Shown here piece after piece: positions 59,970 through 64,000 of a DNA stretch of 64,000 nt. Positions within the stretch are counted from its first letter, which is position 1; every line of letters starts with the position of its first letter. The notes beneath the pieces are model-generated. The model was not told where the DNA came from, ran no database searches, and saw nothing but the letters and a program-made list of their open reading frames with translations. Location of the stretch: positions 2,963 through 66,962 of the forward strand of contig JAWSVB010000014.1 in assembly GCA_033852135.1 (NCBI GenBank). The letters are read 5' to 3'. Position numbers and translations under genes: made by a program. The stretch is from Gammaproteobacteria bacterium (GTDB lineage Bacteria > Pseudomonadota > Gammaproteobacteria > QZLD01).

Positions 59970-60243
59970 TTAAGACTCCTGTTTTGTATCGACCTGGGTG
60001 GGGTAAATCTTTTGTAATGATAGTTGTTTGGTGAAAATTGGGCAAATATTTGTCTTTTAATTTATGTATATGCTGTCCTAGTCTCATTAATGTTATTAAT
60101 ATTTAGTTAGGATTGTACTGTTTTTATATGGATGTTTGTCCATATGTAAATATGTTTGTAGCTTAAAAATCAGTATAGTAGTTATTAATTATTATTTTTG
60201 CCTGCTGTTTATTTGAACTTATATATTTTTTGGAAGGTTTTTT

Positions 60244-61380
60244 ATGAAATATTTTTTGTCATTCCTTTTTATATGCTTTGCCATTATTTCAAACTCCTCT
60301 TTTGCTGAAACTGAAAAGAAGGTGGCTGCGTCAGAAGCTAAACCATTTCATCTGGTAGAAGATTTTCCTGCAGTTACTGATGAGGATTCAGTGCTTGCAA
60401 ACCCTGGCAATTTGAAAATGTATCTTCATGCTCCTGCTGGTATGCCAGAAAAAGCACCGGTGGTTTTTGTGCTGCACGGTTGTATGAAAGGGGCTCAACA
60501 GATGAAAAAATGGACTGGATGGAATGAGCTCGCTGATAAGCACAAATTCTACGTAGTCTATCCTCAGCAGCAAAAGGTTAAGGTTAGCAAGAAATCTAGA
60601 ACCGGCAACCCGGTATTGTGTTTCAACTGGTCAGGGGTAAACGGTAAGTGGAAAAAAAGAGGGGAAGGGGAAGATAAATCGATCCTTGATATGATCTCTT
60701 ATCTTGAGAGTTCAGGACATTCTATTGACCCAAAGAGAGTTTTTATAACAGGTTTTTCTGCTGGTGGCGCTATGACCAATCTGATGATGGCATATTGGCC
60801 GGATAAATTTGCCGGTGGAGCACCTTTAGCCGGAGTCCCATTCCACTGTGCAGATACTATTAAGCAAGGGCTGGACTGTATGGGGGTAAAGGCGACCTTT
60901 ACAACCAGAAGTAATAATGGCCCAGGATGTGAGGGCAAAGGTGAGGCGTGTATGGATCCAGCGCGTAAGAAAACTCCTGCTGAGTGGAAGCAAATGGTAA
61001 TGCAGCATGGTAAACAAGGTTATACCGGTAAATATCCACGAGTGATGATTATACATGGTGGTAGAGACAAATATGTGGATGACGATAACCTGCAAGAAAC
61101 AATGGAGCAGTGGACAGCTGTTCATGGTATCGATCAAAAAGCTGATAATGATAAACAAGTTTTAAAAGAGACATATTCACAACATATATATAAAGAATAC
61201 AGTGATAAAAATGGTGAGGCTAAAGTTGCTACTTTGATTATTCCTAGGATGTTTCACTCAATTCCGGTTGAGCCAGGAGAGGGAAAAGATCAAGGTGGAA
61301 TGGAAGCTGGTGGCTTTGCTGTTGACTACGGATTGCACTCAAGTTATTACATAGCCCGCTTCTGGGGAATAGTTGAATAG
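60244..61380 (+). CDS. secreted esterase / PHB-depolymerase-family (LpqC-like) protein
   Basis: Signal peptide, VFVLHGC and GFSAGG nucleophile motifs. Confidence 0.6.
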   Translation: MKYFLSFLFICFAIISNSSFAETEKKVAASEAKPFHLVEDFPAVTDEDSVLANPGNLKMYLHAPAGMPEKAPVVFVLHGCMKGAQQMKKWTGWNELADKHKFYVVYPQQQKVKVSKKSRTGNPVLCFNWSGVNGKWKKRGEGEDKSILDMISYLESSGHSIDPKRVFITGFSAGGAMTNLMMAYWPDKFAGGAPLAGVPFHCADTIKQGLDCMGVKATFTTRSNNGPGCEGKGEACMDPARKKTPAEWKQMVMQHGKQGYTGKYPRVMIIHGGRDKYVDDDNLQETMEQWTAVHGIDQKADNDKQVLKETYSQHIYKEYSDKNGEAKVATLIIPRMFHSIPVEPGEGKDQGGMEAGGFAVDYGLHSSYYIARFWGIVE

Positions 61381-61666
61381 GTATTAGGCGAGTTATCAAA
61401 GCACAGATAAAATAACTCAATTAGTTGCCATATTGAGTTACTCAGTGTAAATTGTCGACGGATTATGTTTGAAAAAAACAGTCTTTAGCCTGCGGAAAAT
61501 ATGGCTTAAGTCTGGAAAACAATCAGATTCTATCTTAAGGGCGAATCAGTCCAAAACTTCACAGTAATACCGTTGTTGTGGGGTTACTGCGCGAGATAGA
61601 AACTGAAAGAGAACACAGGTCTTTATTATTAATAATAAATTTGTGTGAAATTTAAGGAGCATTTAA

Positions 61667-61906
61667 ATGCAAGAAGGTTTTACTCTAGTTGCACTTGGAA
61701 TGGGAACAGTTTTTATTTTCCTTACAGTTCTAATTGCTTGTACCACATTGATGTCAAAATTTGTTATGGCATTAGAGGCCAGGCAGCCAAAACCAGAGCA
61801 AGCTATGCCAGTGCCAGTAACTGGACAATCAAAGATTCCTGATGCTGTTTTGACCGCTGTGATTACAGCAGCTGTTCATCAACATCGCGCTGCTAAAAAG
61901 CAGTAA
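61667..61906 (+). CDS. oadG: oxaloacetate decarboxylase gamma subunit
   Basis: Small single-TM protein (LVALGMGTVFIFL) directly upstream of oadA. AAGGAG RBS. Confidence 0.75.
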   Translation: MQEGFTLVALGMGTVFIFLTVLIACTTLMSKFVMALEARQPKPEQAMPVPVTGQSKIPDAVLTAVITAAVHQHRAAKKQ

Positions 61907-61957
61907 CAATTTTACAGAAATACGGACTTTTAATTTAATAAGATAAGGTTGATACCC

Positions 61958-63772
61958 ATGAGTAACACAAATAAACTTGGAATTACCGAAGTAGTATTAC
62001 GTGACGCACACCAATCTCTATTTGCAACTAGAATGCGCTTAGAAGATATGCTTCCTATTGCTGAAAAAATAGATCAAGTTGGCTATTGGTCAGTTGAAAC
62101 TTGGGGCGGAGCAACATTTGATTCATGCATCAGGTTTCTTGGTGAAGATCCATGGGACAGAATTCGTCAACTTAAGGCAGCTATGCCAAACACTCCGCAG
62201 CAGATGCTTTTCCGTGGTCAAAATATCCTAGGTTACAGACACTATGCTGATGACGTTGTAAGAAAATTCGTTGAAAGAGCTGCTGTAAACGGCGTTGACG
62301 TATTCCGCGTATTCGATGCGATGAACGATCCACGCAACCTTGAAACAGCTATTAAAGCGGTTATCGAAAATGAAAAGCACGCTCAAGGTACTCTTTCTTA
62401 TACAACAAGCCCAGTTCATACACTTGAGTCATGGTGTAAACTAGCTAAGCAAGTTGAAGCTATGGGTGCTCACTCTATCTGTATTAAAGATATGGCTGGT
62501 CTTCTTAAACCGTATGAAGCATATGAGTTAATCACTGCACTTAAGAAAGAGGTTAAAATTCCTCTTCATCTACATAGCCATGCAACAACTGGTCTATCAA
62601 TTCCAACATATCTTAAGGCTGCAGAAGCTGGTATCGACAACGTTGATGCTTCTATCTCTTCAATGTCTATGACTTACGGTCACTCAGCTACAGAAACAGT
62701 TGTTGCAATGCTTGATGGTCAAGAGAGAGATACAGGTCTTGATATCAATAAGATGGAAGAGATCGCCGCATACTTCAGAGAAGTTCGTAAGAAATACGCT
62801 AAGTTCGAAGGTGGACTTAAAGGTATTGATTCAAGAATTCTTGTTGCTCAAGTTCCTGGTGGAATGTTGACTAACATGGAAGGTCAGCTTAAAGAGCAGG
62901 GCGCTATTGATAAGCTAGATGCTGTACTGGAAGAGATTCCACGTGTACGTGAAGATCTTGGTTATATTCCACTAGTTACTCCAACTTCGCAAATCGTTGG
63001 TACTCAGGCAGTACTTAATGTTCTTACTGGTGAAAGATACAAAACTATCACTAAAGAGACTGCTGGTATCCTTAAAGGTGAGTACGGCGCGGCTCCTTCT
63101 GAACTGAATAAAGAACTGCAAGATCGTGTTCTTGACGGTGCAGATCCAATCACTTGCCGTCCAGCTGACCTGCTTGAAGATGAAGTTGACAAACTTACTG
63201 CTGAGCTTAAAGGTATCGCTAAAGAGAAAGGGATCAAGCTTGCTAAAGATGAGATTGATGACGTATTAACATACGCTCTATTCCCACAAATTGGTCTGAA
63301 ATTCCTTGAGAACCGTGGTAATCCTGCTGCGTTTGAGCCAGCTCCAACTGCTGCTGATGCTCAACCAGCTGCGGCTCCTGCTGCTGCGAAAACAGCTGGC
63401 GGTGCTGATGTTTACACAGTATCTGTTGCTGGTCATAGCTATGTTGTTCAAGTTGAAGAGGGTGGAGATATTTCTCAAATCGCTCAAGCTGCTCCAGTAG
63501 TTAGCGCATCTACTCCTGCATCTGCTCCTGCTACACCTGCACCTGTTGGTTCAGCTGGCGCAGAAGCTATTCCTGCTCCTCTTGGTGGACACATCTTTAA
63601 GGTTCCAGTATCTGTAGGTCAGCAAGTTAATGAAGGTGACGTAATCATAGTTCTAGAAGCTATGAAGATGGAAACTGAAGTACGTGCTAGCAAATCTGGT
63701 TCTATTGCTGAGATCTGCGTGAAAGAGGGCGACACAGTAGCTGTTGGTGACACTCTTTTAACTATGGCTTAA
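61958..63772 (+). CDS. oadA: oxaloacetate decarboxylase alpha subunit (carboxyltransferase + biotinyl domain)
   Basis: Pyruvate-carboxyltransferase TIM barrel (LRDAHQS, HxH), Ala/Pro-rich linker, and C-terminal biotin attachment EAMKME. Confidence 0.9.
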   Translation: MSNTNKLGITEVVLRDAHQSLFATRMRLEDMLPIAEKIDQVGYWSVETWGGATFDSCIRFLGEDPWDRIRQLKAAMPNTPQQMLFRGQNILGYRHYADDVVRKFVERAAVNGVDVFRVFDAMNDPRNLETAIKAVIENEKHAQGTLSYTTSPVHTLESWCKLAKQVEAMGAHSICIKDMAGLLKPYEAYELITALKKEVKIPLHLHSHATTGLSIPTYLKAAEAGIDNVDASISSMSMTYGHSATETVVAMLDGQERDTGLDINKMEEIAAYFREVRKKYAKFEGGLKGIDSRILVAQVPGGMLTNMEGQLKEQGAIDKLDAVLEEIPRVREDLGYIPLVTPTSQIVGTQAVLNVLTGERYKTITKETAGILKGEYGAAPSELNKELQDRVLDGADPITCRPADLLEDEVDKLTAELKGIAKEKGIKLAKDEIDDVLTYALFPQIGLKFLENRGNPAAFEPAPTAADAQPAAAPAAAKTAGGADVYTVSVAGHSYVVQVEEGGDISQIAQAAPVVSASTPASAPATPAPVGSAGAEAIPAPLGGHIFKVPVSVGQQVNEGDVIIVLEAMKMETEVRASKSGSIAEICVKEGDTVAVGDTLLTMA

Positions 63773-63853
63773 TTGATTTTTAAGCTTTTATATTAAGCCT
63801 CTAGTTAATAGGGGCTTTGTTATCAAGGTTAAATCGCTAAAGGGTTTTATCCA

Positions 63854-64000
63854 ATGGAAAATGTTTTAAGATTAGTGTACGGCTCAGGGATATATAATAT
63901 ATCACCAGGTCAGGCACTTATGTTGGCTGTAGGGTTGTTGTTGCTATACCTTGCAATCAAAAAGGGGTTTGAGCCTCTACTATTAGTTCCTATCGGCTTC
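63854..64000 (+). CDS. oadB: oxaloacetate decarboxylase beta subunit (Na+ pump), 3'-truncated by window end
   Basis: MENVLRLVYGSGIY...AIKKGFEPLLLVPIGF matches the OadB N-terminus. Confidence 0.75.
   Translation, partial: MENVLRLVYGSGIYNISPGQALMLAVGLLLLYLAIKKGFEPLLLVPIGF

Overview
AT-rich chromosomal segment that looks gammaproteobacterial from gene content and order (recX-alaS-lysC-csrA-tRNA-Ser, glnB/glnK, feoAB, oadGAB, rnz). It mixes conserved housekeeping genes with a mosaic accessory region. The first 5 kb is a sensory cluster: two paralogous solute-binding-like proteins, a hybrid histidine kinase, and a receiver-PAS-kinase. From 8 to 16 kb come detox and envelope genes, a two-component pair, rnz and an L,D-transpeptidase. 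From about 16.3 to 26.6 kb there is a run of small, mostly co-directional ORFs, several of them decayed. Six copies of a roughly 100-130 bp intergenic repeat with a conserved 7-bp-stem hairpin punctuate this run. The array is interrupted by a methyltransferase, yajD, and rtcB preceded by an attenuator-like leader. Downstream are two soluble MCP-like proteins (one with CZB, one with a C-terminal Cache-like domain), three PEP-CTERM exosortase substrates (one fused to vWA), and a 2419-aa secreted protein ending in five tandem ~105-aa repeats. A CsoR-like/CDF metal efflux pair and feoA-feoB plus a Cys/His-rich peptide follow. No CRISPR array, rRNA or recognisable transposase/integrase was found. 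The most unusual features are the repeat-punctuated ORF array (integron-like or MITE-like; unresolved), the rtcB leader, and the giant repeat protein.
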